A stretch of 64,000 nucleotides of DNA from Nanobdellota archaeon (GTDB taxonomy: Archaea; Nanobdellota; Nanobdellia; Pacearchaeales; GW2011-AR1): the NCBI GenBank assembly GCA_049324275.1, contig JBMOLG010000006.1, forward strand, positions 54,056-118,055, given 5' to 3'. The notes under the pieces were generated by a model that was not told the origin of the DNA, searched no databases, and saw only the letters and a program-made list of their open reading frames with translations. This document shows positions 10,195 to 21,519 of the stretch, in pieces (position 1 is the stretch's first letter; each line of letters begins with the position of its first letter). A program made the position numbers and the translations under genes.

Positions 10195-10832
10195 GGCATT
10201 TCAAATTTAGCTCCTCCATTAACGCTTTTCCATCCTGCTTTATTAGCGAAATGCATAAAAACATACTTTGATTGTTCATTAAACATTATAACATCATTAA
10301 AATCAATGTAATGGCATGATGCGGAGTTATAGGCTTTTCTTAATCCCCCTTCTACTAAGGCCTCACCTGAACCATAAACTCTTTTTCCCATTGCAACAGT
10401 TGCATGAGGCAATTTATGCAACCTGTGAAAATAATCTATTTTTTCTTTATTCATTTGATTCATTTCATGAAGAAAAGTCTGCCTATTTCCTAAAATAAAT
10501 TCCTCCTCTTCGGTCACGACCCAAAGATATCTTGAATTTGCAGGCTGGCCAAAATGAACTAGTCGTCCTTTATACTCTCCTTTTTTTGCGATATGACTTT
10601 CAACGTCAATAATTCTTCCGCCTTTAGATGCATGTCCTTCATAAAACTGCTGCTTATAAAATTTTTTTTTATTGGGAATCTCTATTAAATTTCCATAGAT
10701 ATTTAACTCTATCAATTTTTGGAAGGGGGTTCTTTTATATGCATATTTTTGCTTTGATAGATATCCCAATTCAATGTCTTCAACAATCACATCAACATTA
10801 ATTGTGAACTTCTTTAAATTTTTAAGAATCAT
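10182..10832 (-). CDS. hypothetical protein with a conserved-looking H..A.G..V..SGE / S.CHY core
   Basis: 216-aa ORF. The motif LPHATVAMGKRVYGSGEALVEGG...SASCHYIDF looks like an enzymatic core, but I cannot name the family. Confidence 0.5.
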   Translation of the reverse strand: MILKNLKKFTINVDVIVEDIELGYLSKQKYAYKRTPFQKLIELNIYGNLIEIPNKKKFYKQQFYEGHASKGGRIIDVESHIAKKGEYKGRLVHFGQPANSRYLWVVTEEEEFILGNRQTFLHEMNQMNKEKIDYFHRLHKLPHATVAMGKRVYGSGEALVEGGLRKAYNSASCHYIDFNDVIMFNEQSKYVFMHFANKAGWKSVNGGAKFEMPYAK

Positions 10833-10886
10833 TAAATTTAAGCTTATTAAAAAATAAAAATCTTAAAAGTCTTTTTTTAAACTACC

Positions 10887-11354
10887 TTAAAATGAAGAAA
10901 CCACTTTTTTGTTAAATCCTAAGTATATAATTACAACCACACTTAAAATTACAAAAATTGCTTCTCCAAAATATCCCTGAAGTAATCCAATTAAAGAAGT
11001 TATTCCGATATATGCATATAATATTAAATGAGCTATCCTAGACCAATTTTTTAATTTCCAAAGGTTAATAGATATGATAATAAATATTGCTCCCAACAAT
11101 ATGCTGGTTAAAGCCATTGATGCAAATGTTTGAGCCGTAATGCCCTGAAATTCAAGCGATGCCTGCAGATCTGTTGGCATTGAAGAAATTTTTTCCGGAT
11201 TTATATAATAATAAAAACTTGCGATTGCGGCTATTATTAATATTGCGGCTAAAAAATATTCAATTATTGAAATTACTTTTACGCTTATTGGAACGTTTTT
11301 ATTTTTCACGGAAACTGATTTAACATTAGATTTCTGTTTCACCTTTTTTCCCAT
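10887..11354 (-). CDS. integral membrane protein (4 TM)
   Basis: Basic N-terminus followed by four hydrophobic helices. Confidence 0.55.
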   Translation of the reverse strand: MGKKVKQKSNVKSVSVKNKNVPISVKVISIIEYFLAAILIIAAIASFYYYINPEKISSMPTDLQASLEFQGITAQTFASMALTSILLGAIFIIISINLWKLKNWSRIAHLILYAYIGITSLIGLLQGYFGEAIFVILSVVVIIYLGFNKKVVSSF

Positions 11355-11474
11355 TTTATTATTTAATGTCTTTTATTTTTAAATGTTTTTATTTTAGTTT
11401 GAGTTATAATCTTTTATAAGAGAACTATTTTAATAAATAAAAAGATTTTAATAATTAATAATCAATATACCGAT

Positions 11475-12518
11475 ATGAAAGGGAAGAAATTTTATTTAAC
11501 TCGTTATCCAAATGATACTGATGCCAGGCCAATTTTAATCCCTCGTAAAAATATTGCCTGGGAATCAAAAGCAGTTTTTAACTGCAGTGTCATAAAAGAT
11601 AATAATATTTTTAGAATGCTTTATCGCACTTATCCGAGCAAACTTGAAGAAACTACCCTTAGATTAAATCGTCCTGGATTTAAATTTTCTAATCAAATTT
11701 CATATATTGGTTATGCAGAAAGCATGGATGGGAAAAAATTTATTCAAAGAAAAGAGGCATTTATTTCTCCGGATATTGAATTTGATAAATTTGGTTGCGA
11801 AGACCCAAGAATTACGAAATTTGGAGATACTTTTTATATTACTTATACTGCAATTGATGCTCCTATTGGAGATAAAAATTATAAACCAAATATCCGTATT
11901 GCATTGGCAACAACAAAAGATTTTGTTTCAATAAAAAAACATGGAATAATCGGCCCGCCTACACAATCTAAGGCTGCAGCTTTATTTCCTGAGAAAATTA
12001 ATGAGAATAAAATTGGTTTGGCTCTTACAATTGCGCCTGATTCTTCAAATTCTTACGTAAGCATTAGATATTATGATTCAATTGAACATTTGCTTAACTT
12101 TTCAGAAAAAGAATGGGAAAATTTTCTTCGGCATTCTAAAAAAACAACTTTATTAGAAACGCAATGGTGGTTGCATCGAGGCCCGGAATTAGGTGCTGTT
12201 CCTATAAAAACTAAGAAAGGTTGGTTATTCATTTATTCAGCAGAATCCATGTCTGATAGCTGGACAATTTCGGCTGCTCTTTCGGATATAAATCAACCGC
12301 ATAAATTAATCGCAAGGACACCAGGTTATATTTTACAGCCGTCTATGGATTATGAACTGCAAGGTCTTGTTCCAAATGTAACCTTTCCTTCTGGCGCGGT
12401 AATCTTAGAAGATGAACTTTATGTTTATTACGGGGCTGCAGATAGCGTAATCGGGCTTGCAACATGCAAAGTGGAAGAATTGCTTGATTATCTTGAAAAT
12501 TTCAAATTAAAAAAATAA
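11475..12518 (+). CDS. GH130-family glycosidase/beta-mannoside phosphorylase-like protein
   Basis: FNCSVIKDNNIFRMLYR, GCEDPRITKFGDTFYITYTA and YYGAADS match the GH130 (DUF377) beta-propeller signature. Confidence 0.75.
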   Translation: MKGKKFYLTRYPNDTDARPILIPRKNIAWESKAVFNCSVIKDNNIFRMLYRTYPSKLEETTLRLNRPGFKFSNQISYIGYAESMDGKKFIQRKEAFISPDIEFDKFGCEDPRITKFGDTFYITYTAIDAPIGDKNYKPNIRIALATTKDFVSIKKHGIIGPPTQSKAAALFPEKINENKIGLALTIAPDSSNSYVSIRYYDSIEHLLNFSEKEWENFLRHSKKTTLLETQWWLHRGPELGAVPIKTKKGWLFIYSAESMSDSWTISAALSDINQPHKLIARTPGYILQPSMDYELQGLVPNVTFPSGAVILEDELYVYYGAADSVIGLATCKVEELLDYLENFKLKK

Positions 12519-12553
12519 TATCTATTTTAGATAACTCTTAGCATAACAGCAAG

Positions 12554-12561
12554 TTTATTAA
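12554..12561 (+). promoter_or_regulatory. TATA-like box (tttattaa) about 26 nt upstream of the gatE ATG
   Basis: Same spacing as at the other genes. Confidence 0.3.
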
Positions 12562-12583
12562 ATAAAATTTATTTTCTTCTTGT

Positions 12584-14014
12584 ATGATTGATTATAAAAA
12601 AATTGGATTGAAAGCAGGGCTTGAGATTCATCAGCAATTAAATACTGGAAAATTATTCTGCAATTGCCCTTCAATTTTAAGGCAGGATGAGCCTTTATTT
12701 AAAATTAAAAGAGTGCTAAATCCTGTCATCGGCGAAATGGGGAAGGTTGATGTTGCGGCAGAATATGAAAAGTCTAAAAATAAAAATTTTATTTATGAGG
12801 TTTATGATACTAACTGTCTGGTAGAATTAGATGAAGAGCCTCCTCATGAAATTAATAAGGGCGCAATGAAAATCGCAATTCAAATTGGACTGCTGCTAAA
12901 TTGCAAATTTTTTCCTGTTGCTCAGGTCATGAGAAAAAATGTTATAAATGGCTCAAATACTTCAGGATTTCAAAGAACTGTTTTGATTGGTTATGATGGA
13001 TTTATAGAAACTTCTCAAGGTAATGTGGGAATTGAGACAATCGCATTGGAGGAGGATGCTGCAAGAGAAATGTCAAGAGATGATCAAAAAAATGAAGTAA
13101 CTTTTAGATTAGATAGATTGGGTATACCCTTAGTTGAAATTTCAACCAAGCCTGACTTAAAAAGCCCTGAACAAATTAAAGAGGCTGCATTAAAAATTGG
13201 AGAAATTTTAAGGGCATGCAATGTTAAAAGAGGAATTGGCACAATAAGGCAAGACTTAAATATTTCAATTAAAGGAAGCAACAGAGTCGAAATAAAAGGA
13301 TTTCAAGAGCCTAAAATAATGATTCAAACAGTCTTAAATGAAATTGAAAGGCAGCAAAAACTTGTTGAAGGCGGAAATTCAATTCCTGAAGTTAGAAAGT
13401 CAAATCCAGATGCAACTACTAGTTTTTTAAGGCCACTTCCCGGTTCAGCGAGAATGTATCCTGAAACAGATCTGTATCTATTGCAGATATCGAAAGAATT
13501 AATTGATGATGCAAAAAAAAGCCTTCCAAAACTTAAACATGAATTGAAAGGTTACTTGAAGGAATTTGGGTTAAATGACGAATTAATCAAACTTATCCTG
13601 GAAGAAGGCAAGATTGAAGAATTTAAATCATTGTTAAATGTTATAGATAACCCTAATTTAATTGCTAAATCTCTTGTAATCTTCCCTAAGGAAATTTCTT
13701 CAAAAGAAAAGAAGCCAATAGAGGAAATAAACAATATATTGAATTCGGATGTAATTGAATCAATTTTGACTGAAATAAATAAAAGTCTTTCTGAAGATGA
13801 TGTAAGGATTGTGATGCAGGAAATTGCAGTTGGAAAGCCATTAGCTCAGGCGTTGCAGAGAGAAAGAATTAATATCAGCGAAGAAATTGATAAGTTGATA
13901 AAAGAAAAACCGGGATTAAGCCCCAATGCTTACATGGGATTATTAATGGCTAAATTCAAAGGAAAAGTTTCCGGCAAAGAAATCATGGAGGAAATCAATA
14001 AAAGAACAAAATGA
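12584..14014 (+). CDS. gatE: Glu-tRNA(Gln) amidotransferase subunit E, short form
   Basis: GLKAGLEIHQQLNTGKLFCNCPS, SGFQRT, ALEEDAARE, RPLPGSARMYPETDL and a YqeY-like tail are present. At 476 aa it is shorter than the roughly 600+ aa I recall for GatE. Confidence 0.85.
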   Translation: MIDYKKIGLKAGLEIHQQLNTGKLFCNCPSILRQDEPLFKIKRVLNPVIGEMGKVDVAAEYEKSKNKNFIYEVYDTNCLVELDEEPPHEINKGAMKIAIQIGLLLNCKFFPVAQVMRKNVINGSNTSGFQRTVLIGYDGFIETSQGNVGIETIALEEDAAREMSRDDQKNEVTFRLDRLGIPLVEISTKPDLKSPEQIKEAALKIGEILRACNVKRGIGTIRQDLNISIKGSNRVEIKGFQEPKIMIQTVLNEIERQQKLVEGGNSIPEVRKSNPDATTSFLRPLPGSARMYPETDLYLLQISKELIDDAKKSLPKLKHELKGYLKEFGLNDELIKLILEEGKIEEFKSLLNVIDNPNLIAKSLVIFPKEISSKEKKPIEEINNILNSDVIESILTEINKSLSEDDVRIVMQEIAVGKPLAQALQRERINISEEIDKLIKEKPGLSPNAYMGLLMAKFKGKVSGKEIMEEINKRTK

Positions 14015-14289
14015 AATTAATTTTTTTATCAGTCTTGATCTTGGCATTTCTTTCAGGGTTTTTTCTTAACAGATTTGTATTTACAGGCAAGGCAATCAGC
14101 GAAGAAAATTTTTCAGACGATTATTCATGGACTAAAGCAATATGCAATGCCGAAAATGAATGTGTTGATGTGTACATTGAATGCAGGAATGGAAAAGCAG
14201 AGAAGATTGAATTAGCTTCGGGATTAGTTATTCATGATTTAAACTGGACAGATCCACGCGGGAATTTTTCCGACGAATTATGCAAATAG
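14011..14289 (+). CDS. small secreted/membrane-anchored Cys-containing protein
   Basis: ATGA overlap with gatE. A signal/anchor helix is followed by the FTGKAI motif and four Cys. Confidence 0.5.
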   Translation: MKLIFLSVLILAFLSGFFLNRFVFTGKAISEENFSDDYSWTKAICNAENECVDVYIECRNGKAEKIELASGLVIHDLNWTDPRGNFSDELCK

Positions 14290-14317
14290 AAGAACTTATA
14301 AATTTTGATCATATTTA

Positions 14318-14938
14318 ATGTTTATGAAAAAAGATACTAATAAAAAAAAATTGAGGATTTTGGCAGCAGGGGATTTGCATGGAAACTCCGCAATTTCCGA
14401 AATGCTTGCAAAGAAAGCTAAAGAAAATGATGTTGATTTAGTAATTTTATTGGGGGATATACATGGCATGAATAATTCCGATAACTTAATTGGCCCATTT
14501 AAGAAAGCAAATAAAAAAGTAATTTTCGTTCCGGGAAATTGGGACAGCACTTTTGAATCAAACATGATTGAAGCTGTTTATGGGATAAAAAATATTAATG
14601 GAAAATATGTTATTTATGAAGATACTGGAATAATTGGAATAGGCAATCCTGATTTTCAGCTTTATTTAGAAGAGGAAAGTGTTTTTCTTAAATTAAAGTC
14701 TAACTTTGAAAAGGTTAAAACAAAAAATAAAATTTTAGTTTCTCATCTTCATGCTTATGGAACAAAGACTGAATTTTCCGGTTTTCAGGGGAGCTTAGCA
14801 TTAAGAAAGGCTATTGATAATTTTCAGCCTGATTTCTTTTTATCTGCCCATATACATGAGGCAGAAGGCATAGAAGAAAAAATAGGAAAGACAAAATTAA
14901 TCAGCGTCGGAAAAAAGGGGAGGATTATCGAGATTTAA
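14318..14938 (+). CDS. metallophosphoesterase
   Basis: The calcineurin-like motifs are present: AAGDLHGN, LLGDIHG, GNWD, SHLH and SAHIHE. Confidence 0.8.
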   Translation: MFMKKDTNKKKLRILAAGDLHGNSAISEMLAKKAKENDVDLVILLGDIHGMNNSDNLIGPFKKANKKVIFVPGNWDSTFESNMIEAVYGIKNINGKYVIYEDTGIIGIGNPDFQLYLEEESVFLKLKSNFEKVKTKNKILVSHLHAYGTKTEFSGFQGSLALRKAIDNFQPDFFLSAHIHEAEGIEEKIGKTKLISVGKKGRIIEI

Positions 14939-15265
14939 TCCTTTAGAATACATGAACCAGCCTTTCTTTTTTATATCCCTTAATTTTAAAGGAAGCTTAA
15001 ATTCTTTTAGATAATAATTTGTAATAAAATTTTCCAATTGATTAGCCCCTCTCTCATCTAATCTTTTTGCTCTTTGCATGTATATTGTGTGGTGTTTTAT
15101 TCCAGGGACTTTTGTATACAAAATAAATAACTTTTCAGGCTGGCACCATAAATAGATTGTTTTATCAATAAAATTTTTATTTGACTGATGGGCGGCAGTT
15201 GCACTAACTTGGTACCATTGTTTTTTGTTTTCCATTTTATTCCATTGGAACCAGCAATTCTCCAA
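14897..15265 (-). CDS. hypothetical protein
   Basis: ORF immediately downstream of 15237..15833. An internal ATG at 15235 would remove the overlap. Confidence 0.4.
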   Translation of the reverse strand: MENCWFQWNKMENKKQWYQVSATAAHQSNKNFIDKTIYLWCQPEKLFILYTKVPGIKHHTIYMQRAKRLDERGANQLENFITNYYLKEFKLPLKLRDIKKKGWFMYSKGLNLDNPPLFSDAD

Positions 15266-15833
15266 TATTGTTTAGAATGCCTTTTGGCGTTTTTCTGAAT
15301 CTTAATTCTATTGACATATCTGAAACGATAATTTGGCCATTTAAATTATAATGGATTGCTATAAATGGCAATAATGGATATGATGGATGATTTTCATTTA
15401 ATAGAAATGATCTTTTTTCATATTCGAAAACTGCATCTGTCGGCATTGTCACTGCCGTCCGATTTAAAAAGTTGGTTTCAGCTTCCCATGTGCTTATTGT
15501 GTAAAAAGCTTCACTTAGGCATTTAGTGAATTCACCTCCTAATAAGGTGATTTCTATATTTGTGGCTTCCTCGGGGTTTATTTTTTTGATTTTCAAATAT
15601 TTGTCAATGTTCTCCCGGTCAAATTTTCCTTCAGTTGTACTTTCCCAAATGTGTATAGTTTTGAAAATAGGCTTTCCATATCCTTCAACTACCAACTGAA
15701 CTGAATTTTCTGAATCAATATATTTTTGAATATTTGATATTTTCGGATGAGTTGTATAACTAAAATTTTTCTGCGCATGCACTAATAGAGATAAATTTAC
15801 TGTTTGCATTTTGTCAAAATTGTTTGGAAACAA
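15237..15833 (-). CDS. hypothetical protein (198 aa)
   Basis: Clean ORF with no recognisable motif. Confidence 0.45.
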   Translation of the reverse strand: MFPNNFDKMQTVNLSLLVHAQKNFSYTTHPKISNIQKYIDSENSVQLVVEGYGKPIFKTIHIWESTTEGKFDRENIDKYLKIKKINPEEATNIEITLLGGEFTKCLSEAFYTISTWEAETNFLNRTAVTMPTDAVFEYEKRSFLLNENHPSYPLLPFIAIHYNLNGQIIVSDMSIELRFRKTPKGILNNIGELLVPME

Positions 15834-15969
15834 TGACTTCGATTTTTAAGGTTATCTGTGTTAAATTATATTAATTCTTTTTGAATTCAAATCATAAATG
15901 TTAATTTTTATTTATTTCATGAATATTTTAAAACACAAAATATAAATTAAAGCAGTCTTTATTTTTACA

Positions 15970-16779
15970 ATGATAATAAAAGAAATCAATGCAAAAAATT
16001 GCCTGACCAAAAGCAAGATAACAGATTACGTTATCAATCCGTATATGGGGTGTCAGCATGACTGCAAATATTGTTATGCAGTATTTATGAAGAGATTTCA
16101 GAACATAAATGATGACTGGGGAAAATTTGTTTATGCAAAAATAAACTGCCCTGAATTATTAAAGAAAGAATTAGAAAAAAACAAACCCGGCTACATATGG
16201 ATGTCGAGCGTTTGTGATTGCTATCAACCGATTGAATCTAAATATAAATTGACAAGGAAAATTTTAGAAACAATAAAAAATTCTCCGGCGAAAGATAAAT
16301 TTGAAATTGGAATTCTGACAAAATCTGCATTAGTAAAAAGAGATTTTGACATAATGAAGGATTTGAATGTTGAGATAGGGTTAAGCATTAATACATTAAA
16401 TGAAAGTTTTTCTAAAAAAATTGAGCCATCTGCATCCCTGCCCAAATTGAGGATTGAAACTCTAAAGCAAGCCAAGGAGTCGGGTTTTAGGACTTACGGC
16501 TTTATTTCCCCTGTTCTTCCGGGAATTACTGATTTAGAAGAACTATTCAGAGAATTGCAATTTTGTGATTATGTTTGGATTGAATTATTAAACACAAAAA
16601 AATCTGTTTTGGATAGATTAATGCCAATTATTAAAAAAGATTTTCCAGATAAGATGAAGAATTTCGAACTTATGTTAAATAATTATGCTGATTATTATTC
16701 AACTATAAAAAAACAGGCGCGAGAATTAGAGAAAGATTATAAATTGAAAATTAAGGAAATAGTTGTTCATAATCAGTAA
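15970..16779 (+). CDS. radical SAM protein (SplB/COG1533-like)
   Basis: The CxxxCxxC cluster in INPYMGCQHDCKYCYA, together with length and layout, resembles the so-called DNA repair photolyase radical SAM family. Confidence 0.75.
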   Translation: MIIKEINAKNCLTKSKITDYVINPYMGCQHDCKYCYAVFMKRFQNINDDWGKFVYAKINCPELLKKELEKNKPGYIWMSSVCDCYQPIESKYKLTRKILETIKNSPAKDKFEIGILTKSALVKRDFDIMKDLNVEIGLSINTLNESFSKKIEPSASLPKLRIETLKQAKESGFRTYGFISPVLPGITDLEELFRELQFCDYVWIELLNTKKSVLDRLMPIIKKDFPDKMKNFELMLNNYADYYSTIKKQARELEKDYKLKIKEIVVHNQ

Positions 16780-17579
16780 ATCTGCTTTAATCTTTTGAAT
16801 ACATAATCTTCAACAACTTTAACTTTATCTTTGGGAATAAATCTTTTACTTTCTGATTCTCCGAATGAGCGTGTGATTGTGATTAAATCGGGTTTTCTTA
16901 AATTTTTTATATAATTAAAAGATTCGTTTATTCTTTCCCTGAATTTTAAAACGCTTTGCCAATTTTCTTCTTTAAAATAGATATATTTATTGCAGCAAAA
17001 TCCATCTAAATCAATGTCGACTAAAAAGTATTTTCCATTAATCGGAATCTGTTTATTTGGATTCAGAATTTTTCCCTTGCCATGCTTTAATGATTCTATT
17101 CCCAAAAAATACCAAACAATAGTATTGCTTAATGTATAGGAAGTTTTAAGTTTTCTTCTGAACAGATTACAAAAGGAAACATATGACGGATTACAGCCCA
17201 TATCCTGCAATCTTCTTTTTTTTGAGTGAGGATTCAGCCAAAAAATTTCGTAAATATAATTAGAATGGATTCCTGCACAATTGAAGTTAGCAATTCCTAA
17301 TTCTTTAAAATAATTTTTTTTAGAATTAGATGGTATCCAATCTAACATATCTGGATGCGCATCAATTCTAAGCATTGTAGCACGTTCTAAACATTGCCAA
17401 TAATAAAATGATTCATTATGATTGTTAGTAATTGTAGTAGGGATATCCTTTATTTCGGTTAACTTGCTGAATATTTTTCCTCCCTCATTGTATAAATCTA
17501 AAATGTTTTCCATTAATCGGGTCATGAATTGAAAATTATTTCTTGATTTAAAAATTAATCTTTCTGGATAAAGTCTCAA
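16773..17579 (-). CDS. hypothetical protein (possible UPF0489/arginase-fold-like metal site)
   Basis: 268-aa ORF. The RIDAHPDM motif is reminiscent of UPF0489-type proteins. This is a weak, memory-based call. Confidence 0.3.
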   Translation of the reverse strand: MRLYPERLIFKSRNNFQFMTRLMENILDLYNEGGKIFSKLTEIKDIPTTITNNHNESFYYWQCLERATMLRIDAHPDMLDWIPSNSKKNYFKELGIANFNCAGIHSNYIYEIFWLNPHSKKRRLQDMGCNPSYVSFCNLFRRKLKTSYTLSNTIVWYFLGIESLKHGKGKILNPNKQIPINGKYFLVDIDLDGFCCNKYIYFKEENWQSVLKFRERINESFNYIKNLRKPDLITITRSFGESESKRFIPKDKVKVVEDYVFKRLKQIY

Positions 17580-17645
17580 TAAAGACTACACACGCTTTTA
17601 TTTTGTTTTGGGTTTTTTATTCAGAATTAAATTGGAGAAGTTAAT

Positions 17646-17912
17646 ATGAATGATGAAGACTGGGATGAAGAATACAATGGCGAAGATGATGATCTTGAAG
17701 AAGAGGAAATAAATGAAGAAGAAAAAATTAATCTTAATACTGCTTCAGAAAAAGAATTAGCTGATGCTCTTGGAATCTCAAAGGAAAAGGCAGGAAAAAT
17801 AATTGATTATAGGGAAAAGCATGGGGAATTTGCAGATGTTGAAGAACTTGAGAATGTTCCCGGCTTTTCGGGCAAGGTTACAGAGGAGATGTTGAATAAA
17901 TTAACAGTATAA
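17646..17912 (+). CDS. ComEA-like helix-hairpin-helix DNA-binding protein with acidic N-terminus
   Basis: INLNTASEKELADALGISKEKAGKIIDYREKHGEFADVEELENVPGF matches the ComEA HhH pattern. Confidence 0.7.
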   Translation: MNDEDWDEEYNGEDDDLEEEEINEEEKINLNTASEKELADALGISKEKAGKIIDYREKHGEFADVEELENVPGFSGKVTEEMLNKLTV

Positions 17913-17925
17913 TGTTAAAATTAAA

Positions 17926-18366
17926 ATGGCAGATTTTATTGAAGATATACGAAAATTGCAAAGAGAAATAAATCAAAGTTTTAGCAATGTTTTTCGAGGG
18001 ACTAGGGAAAGGTGGCGAGAGGGCGGGTTTGGTGAAGAGGGCTTGAAAACTCCTTTAATTGATTTAGTAGAAGATGAAAAAGAAATAATTGCAATCCTTG
18101 AGCTTCCTGGGGTAGAGAAAAAAGATATACATCTAAATGTTTTTGAAACTCATCTTGAAGTTAAGGTAATACGAAAAAAAGAAGCAAAGATTGAAAAAGA
18201 AGGAATGATACGAAGCGAAAGGAATTATCTGGGTTTTTATCGGGCAATGGCTCTGCCTGAAGAAATTATTCCAGAAAAAGCCGAGGCAAAGTATGAAAAT
18301 GGGATCCTTCGGATAACCCTGCCCAAAGCAAAAAAAATCAAGAAAGGACTGATTGAAATTAAATAA
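17926..18366 (+). CDS. Hsp20/alpha-crystallin small heat-shock protein
   Basis: PLIDLVEDEKEIIAILELPGVEKKDIHLNV...AEAKYENGILRITLPK matches the alpha-crystallin domain. Confidence 0.85.
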   Translation: MADFIEDIRKLQREINQSFSNVFRGTRERWREGGFGEEGLKTPLIDLVEDEKEIIAILELPGVEKKDIHLNVFETHLEVKVIRKKEAKIEKEGMIRSERNYLGFYRAMALPEEIIPEKAEAKYENGILRITLPKAKKIKKGLIEIK

Positions 18367-18397
18367 ATTGCTTAAATCTATATTTTACAAAATAAAA

Positions 18398-18405
18398 AAT
18401 TTTAT
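18398..18405 (+). promoter_or_regulatory. TATA-like box (tttataaa) upstream of groES
   Basis: Centred about 40 nt upstream of ATG 18441, implying a short leader. No CIRCE element was seen. Confidence 0.3.
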
Positions 18406-18440
18406 AAATGCTAAATTGTTTTTTCAGTAATTCTATTACT

Positions 18441-20320
<1,880 letters not shown>

Positions 20321-20357
20321 TAATTAATTATTTATATCTAATTCTACTTTAATAATT

Positions 20358-20690
20358 ATGCCGGAGATCATTCATATCAATGGAACTAAGGATTTAAGTA
20401 AAAAAGAAAATGAATTTGCGAATGAATTAACTCTTAAATATTATAAAAAGTTAAGCAAGATTCGAGAAATTAAAAATTCAGGCATTGCATCTTTGGATGT
20501 GAATGTTAAAGAGTATAAAACGCAAGGCAGGGCAAAAAAATTCAGCATAAAAGTAAGCCTTTTTTTGGGAAATAATAAAATAGAATCAAATTATTCAAGC
20601 TGGAATTTTGCAAAAACTTTACAGGAATCCTTCGCACGGCTAATGGAAGAGATTGAACATAAGTTAAAAATCAGTGAAAATAATAGATAA
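20358..20690 (+). CDS. possible ribosome hibernation factor (HPF/RaiA, S30AE-like)
   Basis: Size and pattern (IHINGTKDLS..., LDVNVKEY...KKFSIKVSLFLGNNKIESNYSSWNFAKTLQESFARLMEEIEHKL) align by eye with the S30AE fold consensus. Not verified. Confidence 0.35.
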   Translation: MPEIIHINGTKDLSKKENEFANELTLKYYKKLSKIREIKNSGIASLDVNVKEYKTQGRAKKFSIKVSLFLGNNKIESNYSSWNFAKTLQESFARLMEEIEHKLKISENNR

Positions 20691-20716
20691 CAATAAAATC
20701 TTTTGAGTCTTGAGCT

Positions 20717-21412
20717 TTATTTTATGTCCTTTCCACTTAATTTGTCAAGAATTGTACCATAAATTTTTAATACATCTTTATTGTCTTTTGCAAGACTGTC
20801 CGATAGTTCATATTTAAAATTCCCATACTCATCAAGAAAGGTAATTTTTTCAGGCTCATCGAGACCATAGTTTTGTATGACTGTTGTTCCATTACTATCC
20901 TTTTGTGAAACAATCAAAGAATCTGTTAAATAATTTGTTTTGGTTAGAGTAGGCAATAGCTCCTTCTGTGGCAATCTATTTTCATCAACATCAATTAATC
21001 TTGCCCAATATTCCGTCCCATTTTCTGTTCGACTTAGTTCATAATAATTATTCTGATTAATAAAATTTTTTCTGTTAAATGTTGTTGTTAAAAATCCTGC
21101 AGTTTCTAATGTTTTTTTAGCTATTTCTGAAAGCTGAGGATGATAAATGCTTTTTTGCATTCTTCCATCATTGTGAATTATCCATGCATCATCTTTACTA
21201 ACCAAATAAGGTTGCCCATAATTTCCTTGAATTACATATGCGCAAATAGTATCTGTTGGTATCGTATCACTTTGGACTTTTTGTTCAATTTTAAAATTTG
21301 CTGGAATTTTCCCATGATATTTATTTGCGCATCCAAAAAAGCCTGCTAATCCTGTTCCGATTAAAACAGAAGCAGTTAATCCTGCTAATCCTTTTTTTAT
21401 TTTTTGTTTCAT
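20717..21412 (-). CDS. putative lipoprotein
   Basis: Signal peptide with a lipobox-like LAGFFGC. Confidence 0.55.
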   Translation of the reverse strand: MKQKIKKGLAGLTASVLIGTGLAGFFGCANKYHGKIPANFKIEQKVQSDTIPTDTICAYVIQGNYGQPYLVSKDDAWIIHNDGRMQKSIYHPQLSEIAKKTLETAGFLTTTFNRKNFINQNNYYELSRTENGTEYWARLIDVDENRLPQKELLPTLTKTNYLTDSLIVSQKDSNGTTVIQNYGLDEPEKITFLDEYGNFKYELSDSLAKDNKDVLKIYGTILDKLSGKDIK

Positions 21413-21519
21413 ATTTATATAACAAAATTTAAGTTTATAAACTTAACTATTTGTTACTACTATTTAATTATATTAATTTTTTAGAAAATTTAAAATAGCC
21501 AATTTTCTACAAATTTTGA

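Noticed and set aside
17580-18440. CIRCE/HrcA operator upstream of the hsp20, groES and groEL genes
   Set aside because: I found no TTAGCACTC-N9-GAGTGCTAA-like inverted repeat by eye in the regions upstream of 17646, 17926 or 18441.
20691-20730. Possible hairpin terminator after 20358..20690 (ataaaat ... attttat)
   Set aside because: The stem is 7 bp and AT-only, with a long loop. It cannot be distinguished from chance in this composition.
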